Assembly (NCBI GenBank): GCA_963666835.2
Contig: CAXXGO010000003.1
Span: 672,001-736,000 of the forward strand
Direction: 5' to 3'
Source: Phycisphaerae bacterium
GTDB lineage: Bacteria; Planctomycetota; Phycisphaerae; UBA1845
Length of the DNA: 64,000 nt
Part shown: one piece after another, positions 49,598-59,098 of the stretch
Layout of the letters: each line of letters begins with the position of its first letter
How positions within the stretch are numbered: position 1 is the stretch's first letter
Notes under the pieces: model-generated
What the model saw: the letters and a program-made list of their open reading frames with translations, nothing else
The model's database searches: none
What the model was told of the DNA's origin: nothing
Program-made: the position numbers and the translations under genes

Positions 49598-50254
49598 ATG
49601 TCACGTTCAATCGGTATCACAGTCGTGGGGTCGCTTCTATTCTCGGCGGGGGTCTCGCCTGCGGAAGTTCGTGAATACACGCTGGGGCAGGATGATAACT
49701 TCGCCGACGGGGTAGACAATGTCTATGTCGATCCCGATTGGCTGGCTGACATTGTCGACGCCAATCCCACTTGGACAGTTGTACCGTTCGACGATCCGCT
49801 GGGAGCCGGAGGAGAGATGGTTCCCTTCACTTTTGTTTTTGATCTTACCGGCACTGAACAGATCACCGCGGCGTCGTTGAGTTTTCATTTTAAGCGCAAC
49901 GGAGGCAACCCCTGGAATTCTGATAGTATCTGGGTCGACGACGTGACTCACGGAAGGCTTCTCACAGGTCTTGGCTGGGACGGAAGTAGTGAAACTGTAC
50001 TATCAATCGACCTCGCCAGTATCCCGGGCACGGGGGAGAACCTACTCCCTCTCTTAGAGGACGGCGTGTTGAATTGTATGGTGGCGGATGATTCCGTCAT
50101 CGATGATGCCACTCTGGTGCTGGAAGTGGAGCCAAGGTCTATCCCGACCGTCTCTTCTTGGGGCATGATTACCCTGACATTGCTGACTCTGACTGCTGGA
50201 ACTCTTGTCCTTGCGAAACGACAGCGACAGGCAGCCGCGTGGCAGGCAAACTAG
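49598..50254 (+). CDS. Secreted protein with IPTL-CTERM-type anchor
   Basis: GGAGG RBS, signal peptide, C-terminal IPTVSSWGMITLTLLTLTAGTLVLAKRQRQ. Confidence 0.8.
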   Translation: MSRSIGITVVGSLLFSAGVSPAEVREYTLGQDDNFADGVDNVYVDPDWLADIVDANPTWTVVPFDDPLGAGGEMVPFTFVFDLTGTEQITAASLSFHFKRNGGNPWNSDSIWVDDVTHGRLLTGLGWDGSSETVLSIDLASIPGTGENLLPLLEDGVLNCMVADDSVIDDATLVLEVEPRSIPTVSSWGMITLTLLTLTAGTLVLAKRQRQAAAWQAN

Positions 50255-50429
50255 CAGGAACCAAGCGGTCCCAAACAGGGGGCAACGTCCTTTGCGTCCG
50301 GGCGGTTCGATAATGTAGCCACGCGACCAAGACCAAGCCGGATCCTCGATAAGTCGATGGTCTTCAACAACTCTGATGGTACTCCGGTCATCCCTGGTCT
50401 AGCCGGATACCGAATCCGCCTCAAGGGCA

Positions 50430-50876
50430 CTACGCCAGGTTGGATGACATTTCCCACAGGGTATGTTCGAACGTGTACGGACCGTCGATGCCCATCTTCC
50501 TTGCTGCGATCACTTGCCCCTGCTCCTCCGCCGTCCTTCTGAGAGCCTCCGCCAAACCGTCAAGCGGCACGGCTTCCCGTCCCAGCATGACCGGGACATC
50601 CCATACCCCGGGCGAATCGGAGTCGCATTCGGCGGCGGCACACTTGATATCGAGTACACGGGTCCAGTCGCCCCGGAGGGTCACGGCGGTCATGATGCTG
50701 ATGGTAACCCGTTTGAACGGACGCTCCGGAGCCCCAGCACACACGCAAATGACGCGATCGCCCTGGTCATGCCTGAGGTGCATTCTCGCCGACAGGACCG
50801 CCAGTCCAGCCTCTCGGCAGGCTGCTACGATTCGCCGTTTGGCATCTTCGGCTGGTTCTCGACCCGCTCGCGTCAT
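50430..50876 (-). CDS. Hypothetical protein
   Basis: ~148-aa ORF with protein-like composition; no family recognised. Confidence 0.5.
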   Translation of the reverse strand: MTRAGREPAEDAKRRIVAACREAGLAVLSARMHLRHDQGDRVICVCAGAPERPFKRVTISIMTAVTLRGDWTRVLDIKCAAAECDSDSPGVWDVPVMLGREAVPLDGLAEALRRTAEEQGQVIAARKMGIDGPYTFEHTLWEMSSNLA

Positions 50877-51273
50877 GGGCACGATCCTACCGCCTCGCCC
50901 GTCGCCGTTGAAGCCTCTAGCGCAGCCCGCAACATCGCTTGGTCGTGTCGGTTTGTTGAGCTGCTTGTATGCCCTGGCGCACCGCGGAATCGGCGTGGAA
51001 TAAAGTGGATTGTCCTCGTCTGAGCCGAGGTATCGACTCGGCAGGATGGGGATGCGGCTGGCGTTATATGGTGGCCGCTGGAGACCACGGGGTCCTCGAC
51101 TCTCACGCTAACAAACCGATCGGTTACGAATGTCCGAACCAGACCACGCTACGGTACGCCACATAGCTGCATTCTGGCGACAAACGTACAATGCTAGCGC
51201 CGCAGCTACGTCGTGTGTCGGTGAGAATGCCAGACCGCGTGTTTAACTATTTAGAGCCGGGAACGATTCACCC

Positions 51274-51636
51274 TCATTCGCCAGGATAGGTGATCCGACT
51301 CCAATCAGGCGCCGTCAACACGTCCTTATACGAGTCCATACCCTCCAGTCCTCGAACTCTGAGGACTCGACCAGCAAGCTTGGGCTGGTCGAGGATCAAC
51401 TGACGAAAGGCGTCGCGCCAGAACCCGAAATCACGAGCCCGCTCGTTGCCTGTCACGACGCCCGTCCGCCAAGCCATGAACCGTACGACGGCTTCCGCTG
51501 GGTCGGTCCCGAAAGTCCTGGTCGGCTTGGCTGCGGCATAGAACCGCCCATCAGGTCGCTGCTTCAACCCTTCAATGACGTGCCCCTGATAGACGAAGCT
51601 CGATACATTCCGGTATTTGTTGGGGCGACTTCCCAT
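51274..51636 (-). CDS. Hypothetical protein resembling an integrase N-terminal (arm-binding) domain
   Basis: GGGAG RBS; IEGLKQRPDGRFYA...AVVRF..W resembles VAGLRHHKSSGRYY of the integrase at 57 kb. Confidence 0.5.
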   Translation of the reverse strand: MGSRPNKYRNVSSFVYQGHVIEGLKQRPDGRFYAAAKPTRTFGTDPAEAVVRFMAWRTGVVTGNERARDFGFWRDAFRQLILDQPKLAGRVLRVRGLEGMDSYKDVLTAPDWSRITYPGE

Positions 51637-51663
51637 TCTCCCATGAGAACTACCCGCCCTTTT

Positions 51664-51743
51664 TTTGTCAAGAGTTTGTCATTTTCGAGTTTTTTCGCCG
51701 TATCTTGGTCGTTTTTCGTGCACTTTTTGTCAAGGTTTTGTCA
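51664..51743. repeat. Four TTTGTCA heptamers in two pairs spaced 11 bp, in a T-rich tract
   Basis: TTTGTCA at 51664, 51675, 51726 and 51737. Confidence 0.65.
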
Positions 51744-51828
51744 CTCCGGAGACAGAACCGGCTCTCCAGGTGCTCCCAGTGCTGCAAGCTGAACATCAGC
51801 CTCTCTCCGAAATAAGTGCCAGTGTCAC

Positions 51829-51856
51829 TTGACATTCTGAGTAGGTGAGGTACACT
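51829..51856 (+). promoter_or_regulatory. Sigma70-type promoter of the DUF3102-Dam-GP88 operon
   Basis: TTGACA-N16-TACACT, ~145 bp upstream of ATG 52000. Confidence 0.55.
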
Positions 51857-51999
51857 CTCTTTGGTCACGTTGGGAGCAGGCATACGCTCCTGCGATTCGA
51901 CCAGCGGCTTTCTCGAAAGCCGGATTCGGATACCCGGTTCGCAAAGCTGGTGAGTGCCAGCTCGGGAAGAACGTACGTCTAGTCAGAAAGGAAAACAGA

Positions 52000-52659
52000 A
52001 TGGCAATCGAACTCACAACCTATCAGATTCCAGATGAAGGGCAGGACATCGAGATCTACCTAGAGGCGTTGCTCGGATTCAAGGACATCGCGACCGGTTT
52101 TTCGCGGTCGCTCGGTCGCGTCTCGTGGATTCAGGGACAGATCCTCCTGCGGGCTGGAGAGCAGTGCAAGAATAAGGGTGATTGGACAGCATTCCTTGCC
52201 TCTGTGGGCATGAAGAAGGAAACCGCGTACCTACTTCGTCGAATCGCGACCGACATCGTCCCGGAGAAGCAGGACCTTGAGTACAGCGAAATGCTGGCGA
52301 TCGTGTTTCCGAATTCCTACGGGAAGCACCTGCGCGACAAGGCGGGCAGCGAGACCTTCGGCACGCCGAACACGGCAAGCCCAAGGCCGTCCACCGCGTC
52401 GAGGACGGGACAGACGGTAGACAAGGTCTACTCCCGCCTCGCGTCGGTCAAGAACTCGATTCAGAAGATCGCGGATCGAGAGTTCATTGACAGCAAGCTC
52501 AGCCCGGATCAGGTCTTACTCAAGTACGCCCAAGCCCTTGAAGTCATCGACGTTTGCCAAGAGGAGCTGGGAAAACTCGCCGCGACTCTGAAGACCCGCA
52601 AGCAGGCGTTCTCCGTCGTGTCGGAATCTGTCAGCGAGCCGAGAAAGGCGGCCGCGTGA
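52000..52659 (+). CDS. DUF3102-like phage-type protein
   Basis: AAGGA RBS; WIQGQILLRAGEQC..KGDWTAFL..VGMKKETAYLLRRIA fits the G..L...K....GEW..W......RTA...M.IA pattern. Confidence 0.6.
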   Translation: MAIELTTYQIPDEGQDIEIYLEALLGFKDIATGFSRSLGRVSWIQGQILLRAGEQCKNKGDWTAFLASVGMKKETAYLLRRIATDIVPEKQDLEYSEMLAIVFPNSYGKHLRDKAGSETFGTPNTASPRPSTASRTGQTVDKVYSRLASVKNSIQKIADREFIDSKLSPDQVLLKYAQALEVIDVCQEELGKLAATLKTRKQAFSVVSESVSEPRKAAA

Positions 52660-53450
52660 TGCTACTCCGGTACTTCGGCGCCAAAAAGAAGACGGGGCGG
52701 GATATCATGACCTACGCCCCGTCTTCCTTCGGCCACTATGTCGAGCCGTTCTGTGGGTCCGCAAGCATGCTCTGGCATGTACCAACGTCCGTCGATCGCT
52801 GGATTAACGACGCCAATCCTGACGTCGTCCGTTTTCATCTTGCGTTGCGGGACGATGCTGATTTCCTCGATAACCTCTTCGAGTACGCCAGATTGCGGAC
52901 CGCCACGGACCTTCGTAACGCCTTCTATCGAGCCAAGTGGACGTGGCACGAGACCGGGTGTCCGGTCTCGTACTGGCTGCTGAACAGGTATGGTCATGGT
53001 CGCTTGGTTCGCCGTAGCCGTAGCGATTTGGCGAGCTTCGACGCCCTGTACTTGGTTCCGGGCATGAGATTCCCATATTCTCGCGAGGAAGCGGAACGGG
53101 CTCGCGAGATCATGCAGGGAGTCAAGATCACTCATCTCGACTTCCGTGAAGTCCTGCGGCAGGCCCCGGATGACTCGTTCTCCTTCATCGATCCTCCGTA
53201 CCATATCGACGAGAATCTCTACGATTGCCAAATGACGCTCGACGACCATCACGACTTGCGGGATAGCCTCCAGGCACTTCCCAGCCCGTTCTTCATGACA
53301 ATCGGTCTTAATGAGCTTTCCTATCGACTGTACTTGCGGGAGAGCCACGGCTTCGACATACGAGAGCACCGGTACTCAACCATGAACCTGCTCAAGGGCG
53401 GCTCGCTTCCTTCCGTCGAGTTGTATATTCGGAACTATCTAAATTCTTAG
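52659..53450 (+). CDS. DNA adenine methyltransferase (Dam/D12 class, N6-adenine)
   Basis: TGATG coupling; LRYFGAK, YVEPFCGSAS, INDANPD, DFREV, FIDPPY. Confidence 0.88.
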   Translation: MLLRYFGAKKKTGRDIMTYAPSSFGHYVEPFCGSASMLWHVPTSVDRWINDANPDVVRFHLALRDDADFLDNLFEYARLRTATDLRNAFYRAKWTWHETGCPVSYWLLNRYGHGRLVRRSRSDLASFDALYLVPGMRFPYSREEAERAREIMQGVKITHLDFREVLRQAPDDSFSFIDPPYHIDENLYDCQMTLDDHHDLRDSLQALPSPFFMTIGLNELSYRLYLRESHGFDIREHRYSTMNLLKGGSLPSVELYIRNYLNS

Positions 53451-53466
53451 ATGGAAAGGACCCACG

Positions 53467-54267
53467 ATGATTGATACGACCCAAATCCGTCAGAAGCTGG
53501 ACCGTCGAGAGTTCTTTCTCCGCAAGTTCCGGGACGCAGACCGCCAATCGGCGGACCCGAAAATCAAGGCGATGTTGTCGATTGACGAAAAAGTCGGCTC
53601 CAAGGAGCTTGTACGGGCATGGAATCTCCCCCTCGACAGAACATGTTGTGCCAAGCCGGACACGATCGCCAGCTCGACCTGTCGAGCCATCTGCTATTGC
53701 CATAATCAAATCAAGGACCGGAAGCATATCTATCCCGCTCAGTTGCGTGGTTTGGCTATCGCAGAGCGTGCCGACTTCGCGGACATCATGATCGGAGCCA
53801 TCCATGCCTCCGCTGTTCCAAACTTCCGGGTTCATTCCTTCGGCGACTTCTTCTCGCTGTCCTACATTGAGGCATGGACTAACATCGTCGAGGAATGTGA
53901 TGGCGTCGCTTTTCTCGTGTACACCCGGGGGTGGCGGGTTCCTGATTGGATTCCTGCGTTGACCCGCTTGGCAATGCTGCCAAACATGCACCTGCTACTC
54001 TCGTTTGATCGAGATACGGGCATCCCACCCGTGATTCCTGGCACCGCGATTGCGTGGCTCGCTGCCACCGACAACGACCTTCCGCCAGTCAAAGCCCATG
54101 TCGTCTTCCGTGGAACAGCGGAAAGAACACCTGACCGACCACCGAACAGACGCTACTACCCTCTCACCCGCATCGGTAGCTCGTTGGTCTGTCCGCACGA
54201 CAACGGGCAGCCGCGAACTGCCGACTGCGTTGGCTGCCGTCACTGCTTCTTCAAAGGCCACACCTAG
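53467..54267 (+). CDS. GP88-like (radical-SAM-like, Cys-rich) phage protein
   Basis: WNLP..TCC...TCRAICYC, FRVHSFGDFFS..Y...W, F.VYTR.W, LPN..L.LS.D, C-terminal CP...CxxCxxC. Confidence 0.7.
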   Translation: MIDTTQIRQKLDRREFFLRKFRDADRQSADPKIKAMLSIDEKVGSKELVRAWNLPLDRTCCAKPDTIASSTCRAICYCHNQIKDRKHIYPAQLRGLAIAERADFADIMIGAIHASAVPNFRVHSFGDFFSLSYIEAWTNIVEECDGVAFLVYTRGWRVPDWIPALTRLAMLPNMHLLLSFDRDTGIPPVIPGTAIAWLAATDNDLPPVKAHVVFRGTAERTPDRPPNRRYYPLTRIGSSLVCPHDNGQPRTADCVGCRHCFFKGHT

Positions 54268-54386
54268 TCCATCTCCTCTCCGAGTTCCTCCGAAGTACGG
54301 TTTGCGCCTCTGCAACGGATATCGCATGCTCTATTAGGGGTATGGAGAGACGGTTCTCCATCCATCTTTGTGCGAAAGGAGACGCT

Positions 54387-54710
54387 ATGTCACAAAGACA
54401 ATCACGCCGTCGTGGACGCAAGCGCCAGGAAGCCCAACACGCCTCGATTAGCCAACTGAAGAGAGAGACGGTCTGCTGCCCGGCTTGTTCTGCTCAGATG
54501 CGGCTTACCTTTGGCCCATTCGGCCCGTTCTTCGGCTGCTCGACCTATCCATTATGCAAAGGCACTCGTTCTGTCCCCAACGGACGCGATCTACTACGTT
54601 TTGAAAAGGCGGCTCTACCTCAGATACTCCAACAGCCGCTCGTTCCAGAGGAGCTCCTCTTCAATCCACACGCGCCATCGTGGGTGTGGTATGAGATACA
54701 TGACATCTGA
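54387..54710 (+). CDS. Topoisomerase I-type C4 zinc-ribbon protein
   Basis: AAAGGAG RBS; CPACSAQM..GPFGPFFGCSTYPLCKGT. Confidence 0.75.
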   Translation: MSQRQSRRRGRKRQEAQHASISQLKRETVCCPACSAQMRLTFGPFGPFFGCSTYPLCKGTRSVPNGRDLLRFEKAALPQILQQPLVPEELLFNPHAPSWVWYEIHDI

Positions 54711-55039
54711 CCCGCGCCCGTAGCCACGACTATTCGGCTCCTCCACAATACCACCCAACGTCCGCCGCGGCTGTCCCACCACACCTGCTTCGCCTGAGCC
54801 GCATATGCTCTCACTCCCCAAAGACGTGCATGGCCCCAGAGTAGCATGTCAGCGGCCGCCACGACGCCTTCATTAGCCATAATACTCACGGCTCGCATTT
54901 TTGTGGAGGCGCCCGCATATGAATAGTGTAACACTATATATAGAGGCATCGGCCCGCAGATACGCCGCACGCTCAAGTGCGGTCTGGCACCCTGCGAAAC
55001 CATGCCCGTACTGATTCTCTTTACCGAAGGAGACTATCG

Positions 55040-55207
55040 ATGGAAACACTGAATGAATTTCGCGAAAGACTGCGCATGATACATGCCGTCTACCTCGACC
55101 AGATTGCCCTGGCGATGACAGTAGCTACAAACGTCCTCAACGACGACGAATTCTGGGAGTTGGAGGACTGGATGATCCAGGAAGGTGTATGTACGTTACC
55201 AACGTAA
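55040..55207 (+). CDS. Small hypothetical protein
   Basis: AAGGAG RBS before ATG; 55-aa helical-looking ORF. Confidence 0.45.
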   Translation: METLNEFRERLRMIHAVYLDQIALAMTVATNVLNDDEFWELEDWMIQEGVCTLPT

Positions 55208-55849
55208 CCTCGTTTTCGGTTAATTGCGTTGCTCGATCCTGCTTCAGAAAGGCACCGCAACGGCATTTTGAAACAGGCTGGCATCGCGATGTGGACCCGC
55301 TGCGCGTTCCCCGGAATTCTGTGTCCATGCAGAGTTTTCGATGTCGACCTTCCGCATCAGAACCACGCATCTGCCCATGGGTTATTGGCGTTTAACGTCG
55401 CGTATGCGGGTTCAGGCGGCAAATGGTGCCGTTGGTTAGAGAATCACATGCGGAGAATACGGAGAATTTTGCATTAGTCGCAGAATGTCCAAGGAGTTAC
55501 GTCAGAAGCATTGTATAATATATTGCAGGAAACGCGGATCGTGTGACCGATTAGCTTGAACAACCCAAACACATAGATACCTGCATCCGGCGCTCCACGT
55601 TGGATTATTAAACCGCGGCACACGATCCCCCTGGGTTTTATATATGGATTGTGACCAAACATACTACCAGTCATTTCTGAGGCCCGCAGATCCTCACCGT
55701 TTCGCGACCGAGATCGTCGCCTTGCCACGCCAAAAAGAAACGATCTACAGGGCGAACACGAATGACGAGATAGATACTGGCTACAAACTCGGCTGGATGG
55801 GGCAGCGGATGTCGCTCAAGCGACTGGACTCGCATGGATGGAGCAACGG

Positions 55850-57225
55850 CAGGCAAACCGGGACCCCCTACAACGCCTTCAGAAACTCGATTCAGCGCAG
55901 CGACCATTCCAGGATCGCCAAGAAGTGGTTCTTCTCGCCCACTTGATGGCAACGATGTTCTCCGCTCCTGCCGATGTTCGGAACAAGTCACGAATCCCAT
56001 CGAAGACGACGCTGCCGTCCAGTCCGGCAGCTTTCCGCAAACGCCTGATCTTGTCTGTGATCTTGCCAATCTTCAACGGACGGTTGAGCCTGCCCTTCTG
56101 GTCCGTCTTGGTCGTCGTGAACAGCAGTGGAGACTGGTTGGTCTTGAAATGCGGCGTCGCCATGTACGCCTTGATGGCATCAGCTGTCCGCTGCCAGACG
56201 GCTGCAACTCGCGTAACGCCGGTTTTGGTTCGATGGCTCTGAAAGACCAAGTCCTGTAGATCAAACTCCGACGTCTCCAGGGCTGCCATCTCGGACGGGT
56301 GCAGGGCGAGATTCAGGCTCACAATCAGGATTGCTTTCCACATCAGGTCCTCGTTGGCTTCGCATTGCTCCAGCAGTCTCAGATAGGCTGCCTTCTTCAT
56401 CGGCCTGGGCGACGGCTGCTTCTGCGTCTCCCAGGAGCAGATACGTCTGATCTCCGATCGCAGGTCCTCGATCAGCACCCGATGGTGCCTGAAGATGTCT
56501 GCCCCGTACTTGAGGATCGACTGCGTCGTGAGAATGACGTTCTTCTGGGTACGCGGCTCCCCTGCCTCTCGGACAGCCTTGTTGAATCGCTGAAGGTGCG
56601 TTGAATCGATGTCGTCGATGACGTTGACGCCAACGGCTTCTGCAAAACAGCTTCCAACACCACTCGGCATCCAGATACTGACGGTTGTGCTTGAAGGTTT
56701 TTCCCCGGATGTAGTTCTCGATGACATCGGTCAATGGTAGCGGCTTGGCGACGGGCGGAAGGCCCGTCAGGTTCTTCAACTCCGGCACGCCAACCATATC
56801 CGCAAACTCGGCTCGCGTTGCCGGGTCGCTGAGCTGGTCTCGAAAGTAGGCTGCCATGTCCTCCTTGCCGACCTGGTAGACATTCACCGCTCGCCCATCC
56901 TTGTCGAACGTCCCGATCACCGGAATCTCCTGACCGAATTCATCGTGGGCGGGGTGACGGGCAATCACCTCTACGTGATCCTCAGGCTCCAGACCCCGCC
57001 ATGCAGCATTCGTGCTCGTAGATAACCGCTCGTCTGAGGTAGGCGATCCCCTTCTTGCCATCCCGCCTGTAGTAGACTCGGTCCTTCTTGTTCTCGATGC
57101 GGTAGTAACGACCCGGATGACTTGTGGTGACGAAGCCCAGCAACCGGGCTGATCGGTGTCCGGATGGCGGACGAATTCGGACAGGTCTCCGTCCACCCCC
57201 CACGCTTGCCGGTTCTGAGTAACAC
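55850..57225 (-). pseudogene. Tyrosine recombinase/integrase, multiply frameshifted
   Basis: Stitched frames give VAGLRHHKSSGRYY...KAILIVSLNLALHPSE..L...RTKTGV.R..LFTT...LRKAAGL...FDGIRD; the C-terminal His/Tyr region is not recoverable. Confidence 0.75.
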
Positions 57226-57339
57226 CCAGGTCCTGCGCAGATTGCGCTTGCTCGTAACCCTAGCAGACAGCCGGGGTTACGGCAAAAAACCGGCCAAAGT
57301 CAAACCTGCGCGGCGCAAGTCGAAACGGGGGGTGAGTCA

Positions 57340-57411
57340 AGGTTCTGCGCTGGTTGCGTTTGCGCGTAAGTCGTTGTGGATCCGTGGGGTTACGGCGCGA
57401 GCGCAGAACCT
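57340..57411. repeat. 12-bp perfect inverted repeat flanking a palindromic site upstream of the integrase (att-arm-like)
   Basis: AGGTTCTGCGCT (57340-57351) / AGCGCAGAACCT (57400-57411) around CGTAAG-N18-GTTACG. Confidence 0.6.
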
Positions 57412-57698
57412 GGAGAAAGCGCAATGCGCAAGGGCAAACGCAAAGTTCGGGGACTCCGGTTATGCTTGCCGACACAGACGCGGCTGGGTACTCTGGGCGA
57501 GCCATGAAAGGAGGTGATGCTCTTGAAAAGCATATTGAGCATCGCCGAAAAACAACCCCATCGCGGGGATAACCACGACCCTCCGGCGGAAGCGCGGGCG
57601 AGTAAGCGCAAGAGGGAACTAAGACGTGGTATCGCAGCATGGCAAGGCAAGGGCCCTGGCCACCTCGTCGTAGCCAGGGCAGTTCTTTGCGCCAGACT

Positions 57699-58999
57699 TC
57701 ACCGGTACCGGTCTTCCGGGTATGGGGAGAGTGGGCAAGTCAGCGGATCGTGCGGGGCGTCATCGGGGACGGGGGAGGCGGGTCCAGGCAAGGACTGAAG
57801 ATGGGCGTCTCTCAGGCTATACCACTTCTTGTAGTCCGGCTCGTCGACGGCACCGTGATCCAGAGCCCATTGCACGAATTCCTCGTTGCTCCTGAGGCGA
57901 TGGACGTTTGCCGACGCGACCGTTCTGGGGAATCGACTCACGCCGGTGAGGTTCGCCCGGCCGAGGTTCGCCCAGGCGAGGTCCGCCCAGGCGAGGTCCG
58001 CCCCGGTGAGGTCCACGTCGAAGAGTTCCGCCCCGGTGAGGTTCGCCCCGGTGAGGTTCGCCCCGGTGAGGTTCGCCGAGAAGAGTACCGCCACCCGTGA
58101 GGTTCGCCTCCACGAGTTTCGCATTCATGAGTCCTCGCACCGATGAGGTTCGCCCCGGTGAGGTTCGCCCCGGCCGAGGGTTCGCCCCGGTGAGTTTCGC
58201 CGTGAAGAGTTTCGCCCCGGTGAGTTTCGCCCTGGTGAGTTTCGCCGTGACGAGTTTCGCCTGGGTGAGGTTCGCCTCGGTGAGGTTCGCCTCGGTGAGG
58301 TTCGCGCTGGCGAGGTTGGCATTGGTCAATGCCGCGCCGTCTAGTCGGGCTTCGCTGAAGTCAACGTTGCTGAAGTCCTCGTCCGCAATCGCGACATCGG
58401 TGAGCCAAGCTCTGCGGAGGTCGATCTTGCCGTCGACAAGAAGTGGCTGCACTTCGCACTCGCCATCCGCACAATCCTCGATGGCCTCGCGTTCGCCTCT
58501 GAGGTGCTCCCGGACTGCTTGGGAGCGGATTGGAACCACGTGCTTTGGGATTGTCTCACCGTTCTCATCCGTCGTGGATTCGTAGAGGATCTGCAGGAGT
58601 TCGGTGCGGCGTTCGCGTTGGAGGCGGCCCGTCTTGGCGGTTGAATTGGTCGCGGGCCAGGGCGAGATGGTCCCGAGAGAGTCTGGCTTGCTCGGCAAAC
58701 TGCGTTTGCGTCTCGGTGAACTCCATGCGAGCCTGTTTGAGCTGCTCTTGGGTTTGCCAGCCTTGCACAAGCAGCACCACGGTGCCCACGACCACGCAGG
58801 TGATTTCGATGGTGTGGCGGGATGGCGGCCAGCGCCACCAAGATATGGGGGCAACGACGGGCGGGGCTGACTGCGAGCCGTCGCCCTGCTTGCCGGAAGC
58901 GAGGGCATTAGGGTCTTGAGGCGGGATGGAGTCCGACTGCCTCTTGGCCCCCTTGCCCTGCTTAGGTTCCTTACGCGGCTTGGGGCATTTGTTCCCCAT
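57699..58999 (-). CDS. Membrane-anchored pentapeptide-repeat protein (frameshifted)
   Basis: Stitched frames: N-terminal TM ([13 protein letters not shown]), coiled coil, then A(N/K)LTGA pentapeptide repeats; several single-base shifts. Confidence 0.7.
57945..58310. repeat. 15-bp tandem repeats encoding pentapeptide units
   Basis: GGTGAGGTTCGCCCC-type units repeated many times. Confidence 0.85.
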
Positions 59000-59098
59000 G
59001 GCTATCTCCGTTGGTGACTTGGGGGGGCTGTTCCGGGGTCGCCACTTATAGGGCAACTCCAACATCCACAGTGTAGCAGAGGAACCGGGAGGGGGCGA

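Larger units (their letters stand above)
47130..57500. mobile_element. Degenerate integrative element(s) / genomic island
   Basis: Integrase remnants at both ends, tRNA 3' fragments, arm-type direct repeats, phage-type cargo (DUF3102, Dam, GP88), visibly more A/T than the core; boundaries approximate. Confidence 0.65.

Noticed and set aside
52659..54267. Classical type II restriction-modification pair
   Set aside because: The gene after the MTase has GP88-like/Cys motifs, not PD-(D/E)xK, HNH or GIY-YIG nuclease motifs.
57425..57472. c-di-GMP-I riboswitch-like words (GGGCAAA..CGCAAAG)
   Set aside because: The GAAA-capped stem between the two motifs is missing; better explained as att-arm repeats.
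57945..58310. Regular short repeats suggesting a CRISPR array
   Set aside because: 15-bp period with no unique spacers; they encode pentapeptide repeats, and no cas genes are present.
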